Position numbers and translations under genes: made by a program. Source: a virus (Duplodnaviria; Caudoviricetes). Taken from it: a stretch of DNA of 57,930 nucleotides. The notes beneath the pieces are model-generated. The model searched no databases and was not told where the DNA came from. It saw only the letters and a program-made list of their open reading frames with translations. The stretch covers positions 1 through 57,930 of IMG/VR virus record IMGVR_UViG_3300044949_002606; one strand, written 5' to 3'. Shown here one piece after another: positions 1 through 9,714 of the stretch. Positions within the stretch are counted from its first letter, which is position 1. Every line of letters starts with the position of its first letter.

Positions 1-60
1 GTTTCTCAACTACATCTACAACATATCCACCCAGACAAGCGGCTTGTTGCCGATGGTGGG
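1..60. repeat. Exact 60-bp terminal direct repeat (copy 1), contig circularisation overlap
   Basis: Bases 1-60 are identical to 57871-57930, and an ORF reads in frame across the junction. Confidence 0.98.
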
Positions 61-97
61 GCAGGCGCAATTCATCTGGACACCGTAAGGAATCACC

Positions 98-976
98 ATG
101 CCATTCAGTTCAATGGACGATCTGGTAAACGAGATCACAAGCGGCAAGTTCAACCGCGCCGACTGGAACAAACTCACGGGCGCTCAAGCCTACACGGCGG
201 GACGGTGGTATGACTTCAGCGGACTGGCCGGAACGCCTGTCGCCAACGCCTTTGCGGGCACTGCGCTGGCGTGGAGAACCTGCGACGAAACCACCGGCAA
301 CGGCACGCAGATCTTCGGCCTTCAGCACGGCGGCAACGTCAGCCCAGACACGAAGCACGTCCTGAACGTCGCGGCGCTCACCTCCGTTGCCACGGGCGTT
401 CCGGCGCAGTTGATGCTGGTGGACTTGCAGGGCTACTGGCCCGGTATCACGAACAACAGCGCGGTGGCTCAGACCCTCACCGGCACGCCCAGCCTGCGCT
501 ACGCCAACGGGGCCGGGTGCAGGTTGTTCTGGGCGCAGACGGCTGCAGCGGGCGCCACGGCGCAGAACATCGCGCTGAGCTACAGCAACACCACGCCAAC
601 AGCAGGCAGGGCGCTGCCGGTCACGGTTTCCATGACGGCTTCCGGCATCGTGGGGCACATCAGCCACAGCGGCACGGCGGCCAACAACTACGGCCCATTC
701 CTGCCCCTGGCATCGGGCGACACGGGCGTGTCTACCGTGGCGACGGTTACGTTCTCTGCTGCCAATACCGGCACCGGTGCGCTGTGCCTTGCCCGCCCGC
801 TGCTCACGCTGCCGCTGACCACCGTGTCCGTCGCTGCCGAGCGGGATCTGCTCAACCAACTGCCGAGCCTTCCTCGGGTGATGGACGGTGCCTGCCTCAC
901 GTGGCTCTACTTCGCGGGTGCGGCTGCGGCGGCGTCCACCAACTTCTACGGCGCGGTCGAGGTCGGCTGGGGTTGA
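98..976 (+). CDS. Putative virion structural protein (292 aa)
   Basis: AAGGA RBS, Thr/Ala/Gly-rich beta-type composition, located in the structural arm. Confidence 0.8.
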   Translation: MPFSSMDDLVNEITSGKFNRADWNKLTGAQAYTAGRWYDFSGLAGTPVANAFAGTALAWRTCDETTGNGTQIFGLQHGGNVSPDTKHVLNVAALTSVATGVPAQLMLVDLQGYWPGITNNSAVAQTLTGTPSLRYANGAGCRLFWAQTAAAGATAQNIALSYSNTTPTAGRALPVTVSMTASGIVGHISHSGTAANNYGPFLPLASGDTGVSTVATVTFSAANTGTGALCLARPLLTLPLTTVSVAAERDLLNQLPSLPRVMDGACLTWLYFAGAAAAASTNFYGAVEVGWG

Positions 977-984
977 TCGGGCTC

Positions 985-1749
985 ATGGCTCTCAAGACAA
1001 ACACCACGCTCCTGGCGCAGCTTCCGTTGCGCCAGATCGGCGGCTCGCCTGGAACTTTCCGTTCCATGTGGGGGCGTGGCGACCGGATGAACCAGTCCGT
1101 GGGCCAGGGCATCCCGTCCAAGCTGGCGGGCATCCCCTCCGGGCACTTGGCTCCATCGTCGTGGGTGCTGCCGTACAAGCCGGGGGCGATGTCGTCGTTC
1201 ACCAATCTGGTGGTGACGGTCACGCCGGGCACGCTGAACCTCGCGGCGGGCGTTAATATTAACGGCTCTACGACGGTCACGATTACTGTCAACCCGGCAG
1301 ACGGGCAACTGATCGTCTCGGCGGTCGGCTCCACGTCGATCACGTTCAACCTTGCGGGCAACTTGGCTGGTGCCCTGTCCGCATCTGGCAGCACGTCCTT
1401 CTCGTTCACGGTGAACAACGCCACGCTCGGCGCCATCGTTGATGCTATCGGCGCTGCGCTGGTGCAGTTCTCAAACAGTGCCACGATCAGGGCCACGGGA
1501 AATTTGAGCGGCGACATCACACCGTTCACCGAACTCAGCCCGCAAAATTTAGCGGCGGCGGTATGGGAAACGATTGCCGCAGACTTTAACGATCCAGGCA
1601 CGATGGGCAACAAGTTGAACCTTGCAGCATCTGGCGGAGTAGACTACGATACGCTTGCGCAAGCTGTGTGGACCTATGTGAGCCGCACACTCACCTCGGG
1701 CAGCAATGACTGCCTGACCCTCCCCCAGTTCCTGGCTCTGAAAGACTGA
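985..1749 (+). CDS. Putative virion/tail-associated protein (254 aa, MALKTNTTLL...)
   Basis: ATG 9 nt after the previous stop. The track ORF 271..1749 is an upstream over-extension. Beta-rich T/S/G/A composition. Confidence 0.75.
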   Translation: MALKTNTTLLAQLPLRQIGGSPGTFRSMWGRGDRMNQSVGQGIPSKLAGIPSGHLAPSSWVLPYKPGAMSSFTNLVVTVTPGTLNLAAGVNINGSTTVTITVNPADGQLIVSAVGSTSITFNLAGNLAGALSASGSTSFSFTVNNATLGAIVDAIGAALVQFSNSATIRATGNLSGDITPFTELSPQNLAAAVWETIAADFNDPGTMGNKLNLAASGGVDYDTLAQAVWTYVSRTLTSGSNDCLTLPQFLALKD

Positions 1750-1791
1750 TGCTGTGCGCTCTGTAATTTTCAATCAACTCTGGACGCTGTG

Positions 1792-2040
1792 ATGGACGCA
1801 ACTCTTCTCTGGAACACGTTGCTCACCGTTTTGCTGGGCATCGTCGCCTTCTTCATGTCCTCGAAGTTCAAGGAGCTTGACCGACTCAGCGTGCTGCTCA
1901 ACCGCACGCGGGAAGAGGTGGCCCGCGACCATATTACGCGGGCTGAGTTCCGGCAGGACATGAAGCAGCTGATCGAGCGGCTGGACAACCTGAGTCTGAA
2001 ACTAGACGCCTTGCGCGAGCGCAGGGTCAACCCCAACTGA
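1792..2040 (+). CDS. Small membrane protein: N-terminal TM helix plus coiled coil (possible lysis accessory)
   Basis: LLWNTLLTVLLGIVAFFM hydrophobic segment followed by a heptad-like charged region. Confidence 0.7.
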   Translation: MDATLLWNTLLTVLLGIVAFFMSSKFKELDRLSVLLNRTREEVARDHITRAEFRQDMKQLIERLDNLSLKLDALRERRVNPN

Positions 2041-2059
2041 GATCACAAGGAGCGTCGCA

Positions 2060-2320
2060 ATGGCTTGCAAGTACGTTAAAGAATTCGACTTCGGTCCGCA
2101 GAAGACCTACGTGAAGGGCTACGCCCGTGGGGGCGCGGCCAGCTGCGGCATGGCCAAGGGCGGGTACGCCATGGGCGGCGCCGCGGCGGCCAAGGTCGGC
2201 CGGGTGATGGGTGAGTACAAGGCCGGCGAGCTGCACTCGGGCAGCAAGGCGGGTCCCGTGGTCAAGAACCCCAAGCAAGCCGTCGCCATCGCGCTGAGCG
2301 AGGCGCGGCGCAAGAAGTGA
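2060..2320 (+). CDS. Small basic protein, DUF6496-like C-terminus, three [YM]AxGG motifs
   Basis: AAGGAG RBS; KVGRVMGEYKAGELHSG...KQAVAIALSEAR; motifs YARGG, MAKGG, YAMGG. Confidence 0.75.
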   Translation: MACKYVKEFDFGPQKTYVKGYARGGAASCGMAKGGYAMGGAAAAKVGRVMGEYKAGELHSGSKAGPVVKNPKQAVAIALSEARRKK

Positions 2321-2330
2321 TGAGCGGCGG

Positions 2331-2363
2331 TTGCCGCCGTGGTGCAAAAAGGCTATAATTCAC
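2331..2363 (+). promoter_or_regulatory. Sigma70-like promoter TTGCCG-N17-TATAAT-TCAC
   Basis: Intergenic, perfect -10, same extended motif at 9624 and 52594. Confidence 0.8.
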
Positions 2364-2421
2364 CCGTTCGGGCGCGCTGCAACCAGCCGCCGTCTTGCCG
2401 CCCGGTGAACACGAGGTAAAG

Positions 2422-3414
2422 ATGGCGTATTCTGGCGTAGTAGGCGAAACAACATTCAACGCGATGAAGGTGGTGGACCACGCCTTCAGGCGTTGCCGCC
2501 TGCCCGCGCAGGTCATCACCTCGGAGATGCAGACCTACGCGCTGGAGGCGCTGCACCTGATGCTGGCCGACCTGGCCAACCCGCGGCCCCCGAGCTGGTG
2601 CATCGAGCGGCAGGTGTACCCGCTGTACCAAGGACAGCCGCTTGTCACGTTGGCCGCGGGCACCGTGGCGGTGCTGAACGCCAACCTGCGCACGATGCAG
2701 GAGCTGACCGGCGTCACCGTCACCACCAGCACCGCGTACACCGTCGACTTCAACGCGCAGGACGGCGGCGTCGGCACTGTGAACTCGGTGGGCGTGAAGT
2801 GGTCGGCCGCGGCGGTCGACCTGACGTTCCAGACCTCGGCCGACGGGCTGGCCTGGACCACGGTCGGCACCCAGACCACCACAGCCGCCGCGGGCGAGTG
2901 GACGTGGTCAGACATCGTGCCCGCCAACGCGGCGCGGTTCTTCCGCTTCACGAGCACGGCGCCTTGGGCGGCGACCGAGGTGTACCTGGGCACGCTGCCG
3001 CAGGAGATCCCGATGGGCGTGCTCAACCGCGACACCTACGTCGCGCAGAGCAACAAGGTGTTCCAGGGGCGTCCGCTCACCTACTGGTTTCAGCGCGACT
3101 TGCCGCGGCCGGTGATGAACCTATGGCCCGCGCCCAACGCTGCGGCCGAGACGCAGCAGCTCATCGTCTGGCGCCAGCGCAACATCATGGACACCGAGAA
3201 CCTGCGCCAGGAGGTCGAGGTGCCGCCGCGGTGGCTGGAGGCGATTGTCAATGGGCTGGCTGCCCGGGTCGGCGCTGAGACGCCCAGCGTGGATGCGGGC
3301 CTTGTGCCGGTGCTGGAGCAGCGAGCGGCAACGTCGCTGCAGCGCGCCTGGGACGGCGACAACGACGGCTCGCCCACGTACATCAACCCCGGCATCGGGT
3401 GCTACACGCGATGA
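2422..3414 (+). CDS. Putative head-tail adaptor-type virion protein (330 aa) with inserted beta-sandwich
   Basis: GAGG RBS; helical N- and C-termini (AFRRC...ALHLMLADLAN; WLEAIVNGLAARV) typical of adaptor proteins; position. Confidence 0.6.
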   Translation: MAYSGVVGETTFNAMKVVDHAFRRCRLPAQVITSEMQTYALEALHLMLADLANPRPPSWCIERQVYPLYQGQPLVTLAAGTVAVLNANLRTMQELTGVTVTTSTAYTVDFNAQDGGVGTVNSVGVKWSAAAVDLTFQTSADGLAWTTVGTQTTTAAAGEWTWSDIVPANAARFFRFTSTAPWAATEVYLGTLPQEIPMGVLNRDTYVAQSNKVFQGRPLTYWFQRDLPRPVMNLWPAPNAAAETQQLIVWRQRNIMDTENLRQEVEVPPRWLEAIVNGLAARVGAETPSVDAGLVPVLEQRAATSLQRAWDGDNDGSPTYINPGIGCYTR

Positions 3415-3719
3415 GCCGGTTCATCGACCCCGCGGGCCAGCCCACCTACGGGCTCGGCATCTGCGCCCGCTGCTCGCGCAAGTTCCGGCTGGCCGAGCTG
3501 AACCCGGACGCCAACTACCCCAACCTCATGGTGTGCCGTGAGGACAGCGACGACTACGATCCGTACCGCCTGGCCGCCAAGCGCGAGGACCAGGTGGTGT
3601 TGCCTTTCGTGCGGCCGGATACCCCCGTGACCACCAACCCGTCGGGCCTCATCACGCAGGACGGGACGCAGTTCGTCATCTCAGAAGACGGCCAGCGGTT
3701 CATCTACTTGGTGGACTGA
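3411..3719 (+). CDS. Conserved phage protein with CxxC...C putative metal site (102 aa)
   Basis: ATGA overlap with upstream gene; GICARCSRKF...MVC...RPD. Confidence 0.7.
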   Translation: MSRFIDPAGQPTYGLGICARCSRKFRLAELNPDANYPNLMVCREDSDDYDPYRLAAKREDQVVLPFVRPDTPVTTNPSGLITQDGTQFVISEDGQRFIYLVD

Positions 3720-3728
3720 GGAAGAGCC

Positions 3729-5033
3729 ATGGCGCAAGTGCCCAGCAATCTGATCCCTACCCGCGTCACCGAGCTGCCGCTGCCGCAGACCTATTCTCCG
3801 CAGGGGTTGCTGCTGTTCGTGCAGGACGGCGTCTCGTACCGCGTCAGCGCGCAGGCGCTCATGCAGGCGCTGGGGCCGGTGAGCTCGGTGGACGCGAGCG
3901 GCGGCACAACGGGCTTGACGTTCAGCGGCGGGCCGATCACCTCCACCGGCGTGCTCACGCTGGGCGGCACACTGAACGTGGCCAACGGCGGCACGGGCGT
4001 TACAACCAGCACGGGTACCGGTAGCACCGTGTTGTCCACCAGCCCGACGCTGGTCACTCCGATCCTCGGCACGCCCACCTCGGTCACGCTGACCAACGGT
4101 ACAGGCTTGCCAATCGGCACAGGAGTCTCTGGGCTGGGTACGGGTGTTGCGACAGCCCTGGCGGTCAACGTAGGCTCTGCAGGCGCTCCCGTGGTGAATG
4201 GCGGGGCTTTGGGTACGCCTTCGTCTGGTACGCTGACCAACGGTACGGGTTTGCCGCTGACCACAGGAGTGACGGGCACACTCCCAATAGCCAACGGCGG
4301 CACCGGCGCCGTGGACGCGCCCGGTGCGCGCGCCAACTTGTCCGCAGCGGTGCTGGGCGCCAACGGCGACATCACCAGCCTCACCGGCGTGACTGGGGGC
4401 ATCAGTTCCCCCGACTTTGTCCAACTAGACACGGCAGCCGCTGCTAGTATTGCGATTGCGAAGCTGCGCTGGAACGTCGACACTGCCACCGCGGCGTTTG
4501 GCATCATTGACGGCACCCAAGAGGTGAACATCGGCCAGCAGATGTACGCGCAGGTGGTGAACGCGGATTCGGTGACGATCACGCGGGGCCAGGCGGTGTA
4601 CTTGTTTGAGGCCACCGGTAACCGCGCTAGCGTCAAGCTCGCCAGCAACGTCGGCGACGCCACCTCCGCCAAGACGCTGGGCCTGGCCGCGCAGAGCATT
4701 GCCCCGAGTGCTATTGGGTTCGTGATGACGCAGGGCGTGCTGGACAAGGTGAACACCGCGGCGTTTGCTGAAGGCACCACGCTGTACCTCGGGGCCACGG
4801 CCGGCTCGCTCACCGCCACCAAGCCCGTCGCCCCCAACCACCTCGTGTACATCGGCGTGGTCGAGCGCGCCAACGCCGGCAACGGCCAGATCTATGTCAA
4901 GCCGCAGAACGGCTACGAGCTGGACGAGATTCATGACGTGTTGATCACGTCGCCGGCCACGGGGCAGGTGCTGACTTACGAAGCGGCCACCGACCTGTGG
5001 AAAAACAGCTACATTGGCGGAGGGGTGTTCTGA
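3729..5033 (+). CDS. Tail fibre-like protein (434 aa)
   Basis: Repeated L.(V/I)ANGGTG and LTNGTGLP fibre motifs, Thr/Gly-rich. Confidence 0.75.
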   Translation: MAQVPSNLIPTRVTELPLPQTYSPQGLLLFVQDGVSYRVSAQALMQALGPVSSVDASGGTTGLTFSGGPITSTGVLTLGGTLNVANGGTGVTTSTGTGSTVLSTSPTLVTPILGTPTSVTLTNGTGLPIGTGVSGLGTGVATALAVNVGSAGAPVVNGGALGTPSSGTLTNGTGLPLTTGVTGTLPIANGGTGAVDAPGARANLSAAVLGANGDITSLTGVTGGISSPDFVQLDTAAAASIAIAKLRWNVDTATAAFGIIDGTQEVNIGQQMYAQVVNADSVTITRGQAVYLFEATGNRASVKLASNVGDATSAKTLGLAAQSIAPSAIGFVMTQGVLDKVNTAAFAEGTTLYLGATAGSLTATKPVAPNHLVYIGVVERANAGNGQIYVKPQNGYELDEIHDVLITSPATGQVLTYEAATDLWKNSYIGGGVF

Positions 5034-5034
5034 G

Positions 5035-5394
5035 ATGGCGGCTGTTGAGAAACTGATCGACCGCGCATTCGCGCTCCGTGGCGCGGCGCACGCGGCACAT
5101 TGGAAGGCGACCGGCGCCGGCTCGTACGCCCGGCACACGGCTCTGGGCGAGTTCTACGACGGGCTGATTGACGGGCTCGACCGGTACGTCGAGGCACACC
5201 AAGGCACGTTCGGGTTGGTGGGCAAGTTGGCTGCAGACACCGACGACATCGTGGCGCAGATCCGCACCGAGTTGGTGTGGCTCACCGAGCACCGTAGCGA
5301 GGTGGCGCGTGGCGTGCCCGCGCTGGAGAACATCCTGGACGAGCTCGCTGCGTTGCACATGAGCACGCTGTACAAGCTGGAAAATTTGAGGTAA
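5035..5394 (+). CDS. Ferritin/Dps-like four-helix protein (DUF5856-like, 119 aa)
   Basis: H..HW...SYARH.AL.EFY......D...E...G pattern resembling the Dps ferroxidase motif. Confidence 0.65.
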   Translation: MAAVEKLIDRAFALRGAAHAAHWKATGAGSYARHTALGEFYDGLIDGLDRYVEAHQGTFGLVGKLAADTDDIVAQIRTELVWLTEHRSEVARGVPALENILDELAALHMSTLYKLENLR

Positions 5395-5400
5395 CACACC

Positions 5401-6231
5401 ATGGCGCAGAGCGGCTTCACCCCTATCCTAACCTACGCGAGCAACACTGCCGCCAGCGTGCCCTCGGCGGGCAACCTGACCAACAGCGCCAACGGCTCGG
5501 AGCTCGCCGTGAACACGGCCGACCGGCGGTTGTTCACCAAAAACTCCGGCGGCACGGTGGTCGAGCTGGGCACCAACCCGTCGTCGCTGACGATCGCTTC
5601 GCCGTTGGGCGTGGCTTCAGGTGGCACCGGGGCCGCTACGTTTACGGCCAACAACGTCCTGCTCGGCAACGGTACTTCGGCCTTTCAGGCGGTGGCACCA
5701 GGCGCCAACGGCAACGTGCTGACCAGCAACGGCACGACTTGGCAGTCCACTACGCCAGCGGCAGGCGTTTCCTTGAGCGCGGACAACACTTGGACCGGCA
5801 CGCAGACATTCAGCGGCACGTCGGCCAAACTAGCGGCGGTTCTGACAGACGCAGCCGAAGTTGCCACCATCAGCGCCACAGCGGCCACGGGCACGATCAA
5901 CTACGACATCACCACGCAGTCGGTGCTGTACTACACCAGCAACGCCTCGGCCAACTGGACGGTGAACTTCCGCGCATCAAGCGGCACCAGCCTGAACACG
6001 GCGATGAGCACGGGGCAGAGCGTGACGGTGGCGTTCCTTGTGACGCAGGGCGCTACGGCGTACTACAACAACGTGGTGCAGGTGGATGGGTCTTCGGTAA
6101 CGCCCAAGTACCAAGGCGGCACGGCATGGGCGGCAGGTAATGCTTCCAGCATCGACGCCTACGTCTACACCATCGTGAAGACCGGCAGTGCTGCGTTTAC
6201 CGTGTTTGCATCGCAGACGAGGTTTGCATAA
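5401..6231 (+). CDS. Tail fibre-like protein (276 aa)
   Basis: N-terminal ELAVNTADRRLF, LGVASGGTG and GNVLTSNGTTW fibre motifs. Confidence 0.75.
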   Translation: MAQSGFTPILTYASNTAASVPSAGNLTNSANGSELAVNTADRRLFTKNSGGTVVELGTNPSSLTIASPLGVASGGTGAATFTANNVLLGNGTSAFQAVAPGANGNVLTSNGTTWQSTTPAAGVSLSADNTWTGTQTFSGTSAKLAAVLTDAAEVATISATAATGTINYDITTQSVLYYTSNASANWTVNFRASSGTSLNTAMSTGQSVTVAFLVTQGATAYYNNVVQVDGSSVTPKYQGGTAWAAGNASSIDAYVYTIVKTGSAAFTVFASQTRFA

Positions 6232-8189
6232 TGCCGTTGCTTGAAACCAAAGGCGCTGCCTCTGCCCAAGGGTTTGGGCTTACGTCTGCTGCTGCTGCTG
6301 CCAACTACATAGAAGATTGTTTTTCTGTCTGGCTTTACACCGGCACCAGCGCCACCCAGACCATCACCAACGGGATTGATCTGTCTACAAAGGGTGGGTT
6401 GGTGTGGATAAAAGAACGCTCAAATGGAACAGGGGTTGGCCACTATCTATTTGACACCGCCAGAGGGCTTTCGTTCGCACTCGAAACAGAGACCGCCGCC
6501 TCACAGGCGAACAGAACAACCACAGTAAACGCTTTTAATTCCAACGGTTTCTCCATGGGTTCGGGCGGTAACACCAACAATAATGGCACCTTCTACGCCT
6601 CATGGACCTTCCGCAAGCAGCCCAAGTTCTTTGATGTGGTGACGTATACGGGGAATGGCAGCAACCGCACCATTACTCACAACCTCGGCTCGGTGCCGGG
6701 GTGCATCATCGTCAAGCGCACAGACACTAGTGCTGACTGGCAGGTTTACCACCGCAGCAACGCCAACACTGAATACATGGTGCTCAACAGCACAGCAGCA
6801 AAGGCTACTGGCACCACGCGCTGGAACAGCACCACGCCCACCAGCACGGAGTTCAGCCTCGGTACTGATACAACTGTCAACGCCTCAGGCGGCACCTACG
6901 TAGCCTACCTCTTCGCCCACGATGCAGGCGGCTTCGGCGCGTCTGGCACGGACAATGTGATTTCGTGTGGGTCGTTTACGACTGATGGCAGTGGCAACGC
7001 GACCGTGACGTTGGGGTATGAGCCGCAGTTTTTGCTGACAAAATCTACCAACGATACCGATTCTTGGTTGATAAACGATCAGATGCGCGGGTGGCCTGTT
7101 GATAGTAATTCAAGCAATTTGTCGGCTAATACATCAACGGCTGAAGTAGTTGGTGCTGGTATGTGGAGACCAAGGGCAACTGGATTTGTGGCCCGTGGAG
7201 GTGCTTCTGGGCCGTACACCTACATCTACATCGCCATCCGCCGTGGCCCGATGCGGACTCCGACGACGGGGACGAGTGTGTATCAACCTGTGACTCGGGT
7301 TGGCTCGGGAGTTGCTGGCAATCAAGGCGCATCTATCGCCACGGATTCCGCATTTACGGCCCCCCTCAACCTCACGGGTACAACTATGTTCACTGCTAGT
7401 ACGCGTTTAACCAGCGCGTATCTATATACAGCAGACCCGACTATTGAACAGACCGCGACGTCGATCCTTCCGTCAGGCGCGTATGCGCAGCAAACCGGAT
7501 TTTTGGTTGGAACTTCCGGCCCAGTGAATGCTGGTGGCGGCGGGTACAACTACATCGACTACGCACTTCGCCGCGCCCCCGGGTTCTTCGATGTGGTGTG
7601 TTACACGGGGACGGGAGCCAACCGCACAGTGAGTCACAACTTGGGAGTCGTGCCTGAGTTAATGATCGTAAAACGGCGGAATTTGTCGGCAGATTGGCAG
7701 GCCTATAGTAATGCATTATCTAACACCGAATATTTGGTGTTTAACAGCACTGCAGCCAAAGCAACCGGCACGACTCGGTGGAATAGCACTACACCGACAT
7801 CTTCCGTGTTTACGGTTGGGACAGACGCCGCCGTCAACGCATCTGGCGGAAATTACGTCACTTACCTTTTTGCCACTGTTGCAGGCGTAAGCAAAGTGTT
7901 CTCCTACACCGGTAATGGCAGCAGCCAGACAATTAACTGCGGCTTCACTGGAGGTAGCCGGTTCATCATGATCAAGCGCACGGACAGTACAGGCGATTGG
8001 TATGTCTGGGACAGCGCACGCGGCATTGTGGCGGGTAATGATCCGTACTCGCGCTTTAACACCATTGGCGATGAAGTAACGACCAACGACAGCGTGGACA
8101 CCGACAGCACGGGCTTTGTGGTCAATCAAGTAGCCGCTACCAACGTCAACGTCACTTCCGCGACCTATATAGGGCTTGCGATTGCGTAA
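6231..8189 (+). CDS. Tail fibre / receptor-binding protein with ~100-aa repeated modules (652 aa)
   Basis: Repeated YTGNG..RTI.HNLG..P...I.KR modules, followed by a chaperone gene. Confidence 0.8.
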   Translation: MPLLETKGAASAQGFGLTSAAAAANYIEDCFSVWLYTGTSATQTITNGIDLSTKGGLVWIKERSNGTGVGHYLFDTARGLSFALETETAASQANRTTTVNAFNSNGFSMGSGGNTNNNGTFYASWTFRKQPKFFDVVTYTGNGSNRTITHNLGSVPGCIIVKRTDTSADWQVYHRSNANTEYMVLNSTAAKATGTTRWNSTTPTSTEFSLGTDTTVNASGGTYVAYLFAHDAGGFGASGTDNVISCGSFTTDGSGNATVTLGYEPQFLLTKSTNDTDSWLINDQMRGWPVDSNSSNLSANTSTAEVVGAGMWRPRATGFVARGGASGPYTYIYIAIRRGPMRTPTTGTSVYQPVTRVGSGVAGNQGASIATDSAFTAPLNLTGTTMFTASTRLTSAYLYTADPTIEQTATSILPSGAYAQQTGFLVGTSGPVNAGGGGYNYIDYALRRAPGFFDVVCYTGTGANRTVSHNLGVVPELMIVKRRNLSADWQAYSNALSNTEYLVFNSTAAKATGTTRWNSTTPTSSVFTVGTDAAVNASGGNYVTYLFATVAGVSKVFSYTGNGSSQTINCGFTGGSRFIMIKRTDSTGDWYVWDSARGIVAGNDPYSRFNTIGDEVTTNDSVDTDSTGFVVNQVAATNVNVTSATYIGLAIA

Positions 8190-8198
8190 GGAATCATC

Positions 8199-8645
8199 AT
8201 GCAAATCAGACTTCGCGCCACAGGCGCAGTGATGCTGGAGGGCGAGTTCCGCGCTTACCAGCAGGCCAACGGTGGCCCGACTTGGGACCGCACCACGGAC
8301 GAGGTGCTGCAGGCGCTGGGCGCTGACCCAGTATTTGAAGGCCCGCAGGCCCAGCCTACGCGCTACCAGACGGCTTTCCGTGATGGCGTGGAGCAGATTG
8401 ATGGCAAGTGGTACACCAAGTACAGCGTGGCTGACATGGACGCCGAAGCGATTGCAGCCAAGGACGCCGAGCAGGCCAAGTCTGTGCGTGAAACCCGCAA
8501 CCAGAAACTCAAGGACTCCGACTGGACGCAAGTGGCCGACGCCCCGGTGGACAAAGCCGCATGGGCAACGTACCGACAGGAACTGCGGGACATCACTGCA
8601 CAGGCCGGGTTCCCGTGGAATGTGACTTGGCCTGATGCGCCGTAA
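8199..8645 (+). CDS. Tail fibre assembly chaperone
   Basis: C-terminal VRETRNQKLKDSDWTQVADAP...WATYRQELRDI...WP motif. Confidence 0.85.
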   Translation: MQIRLRATGAVMLEGEFRAYQQANGGPTWDRTTDEVLQALGADPVFEGPQAQPTRYQTAFRDGVEQIDGKWYTKYSVADMDAEAIAAKDAEQAKSVRETRNQKLKDSDWTQVADAPVDKAAWATYRQELRDITAQAGFPWNVTWPDAP

Positions 8646-8655
8646 GGAGTGAGTG

Positions 8656-9153
8656 ATGCTTGACATCCTCGGCGGGGGCCTTCTCGGTTCCATCTTTGGC
8701 GGGTTGTTCCGGCTTGCACCAGAAGTCCTGAAGTTCTTGGACCGCAAGAACGAGCGCCTGCACGAACTCAAGATGTTTGAGCAGCAGTGCCAACTGGAGA
8801 GCATGCGCGGGGCGCAGAAGTTGCAGGAGATCGGCGCTCAGCATGGGATGGCCGTGGATGTTGGCGTGCTGGATGCGTTCAAGTCCGCGCTGGATCAGCA
8901 GACCGAGATGGTCAAAGTTGCAGGCGGCTGGGTGGCGTCCCTCAGCGCTTCAGTCCGTCCAGTCGTGACCTACTGGATCTTGTTCATCTGGTCGTTCGTT
9001 CACATCTGGTTTGCGTGGAACGCATGGCTGCAAGGCATGCCGCCAGTGGAAGTGTTCAAGACTGCTATGTCGCCTGACTTCGCGGCGCTGGTGGCAGGCA
9101 CCATAAATTTCTGGTTCCTTGATCGCACCTTGAAGGCACGGGGGCTTGCGTGA
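8656..9153 (+). CDS. Putative holin (3-TM GTA-holin-like)
   Basis: Hydrophobic N-terminus, SVRPVVTY and FWFLDR motifs, overlaps the endolysin start. Confidence 0.7.
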   Translation: MLDILGGGLLGSIFGGLFRLAPEVLKFLDRKNERLHELKMFEQQCQLESMRGAQKLQEIGAQHGMAVDVGVLDAFKSALDQQTEMVKVAGGWVASLSASVRPVVTYWILFIWSFVHIWFAWNAWLQGMPPVEVFKTAMSPDFAALVAGTINFWFLDRTLKARGLA

Positions 9154-9635
9154 ACCTCGACGTAGCGGTGGCGCTGTGCAAACAGTTTGAGGGCCTGCAC
9201 CGGCTCGGCAAGGACGGCCTGATCTACCCCTACATCTGCCCCGCAGGCTACCCTACCATTGGCTGGGGAACCGTTTACAAGCCTGACGGCTCCAAGGTTA
9301 CGATGGAGCACCCGCCCATCACGCGGGAGGTGGCCGACGCTTGGCTCATGGACGAATTGCGCCGGGTTTGTGCTTCGGCTGTGATCAGGCAGTGTCCTGA
9401 GCTTTTTGCCTGGAGCGTGACCAACGGGAACTGGCGGGCCTTCTGTGCTATCGCAGACTTCACCTACAACCTCGGTTCCGGTAGACTACAGACCTCCACC
9501 CTGCGGCGCAAACTCCGTGCGCTTGACTGGGAAGGTGCCAAGGAGCAGTTGGCCCTGTGGGTGCGCGGTGGCGGGCGTGTACTGCCCGGTCTGGTCAAGC
9601 GTAGAGCCGCAGAGTGCGACCTGTTGCCTTTGTGA
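9150..9635 (+). CDS. Endolysin, GH24 (T4/P21-type) lysozyme
   Basis: FEG...Y.CPAGYPTIGWG catalytic region, FTYNLG, GLVKRRAAE. Confidence 0.93.
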   Translation: MNLDVAVALCKQFEGLHRLGKDGLIYPYICPAGYPTIGWGTVYKPDGSKVTMEHPPITREVADAWLMDELRRVCASAVIRQCPELFAWSVTNGNWRAFCAIADFTYNLGSGRLQTSTLRRKLRALDWEGAKEQLALWVRGGGRVLPGLVKRRAAECDLLPL

Positions 9636-9656
9636 AGTGTATGCGCTATAATTCAC
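9624..9656 (+). promoter_or_regulatory. Sigma70-like promoter TTGCCT-N17-TATAAT-TCAC
   Basis: Same motif as at 2331 and 52594. Confidence 0.8.
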
Positions 9657-9714
9657 GCCAAGGTAGAAGCGCGCTGCACCAGCGGCTGCTGAAGAACATT
9701 CGGGAGCCCGGCGC

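Noticed and set aside
1-60. 60-bp terminal repeat as a biological DTR
   Set aside because: It falls mid-gene with the frame continuing across the junction, so it is best explained as assembly overlap.
6627-7874. Diversity-generating retroelement TR/VR pair in the fibre gene
   Set aside because: No reverse transcriptase in the genome, both copies are in-frame coding, and the differences are not adenine-specific.
8656-9660. Spanin genes next to the lysis cassette
   Set aside because: No lipobox-containing ORF was found there. The TM protein at 1792..2040 is only a weak candidate.
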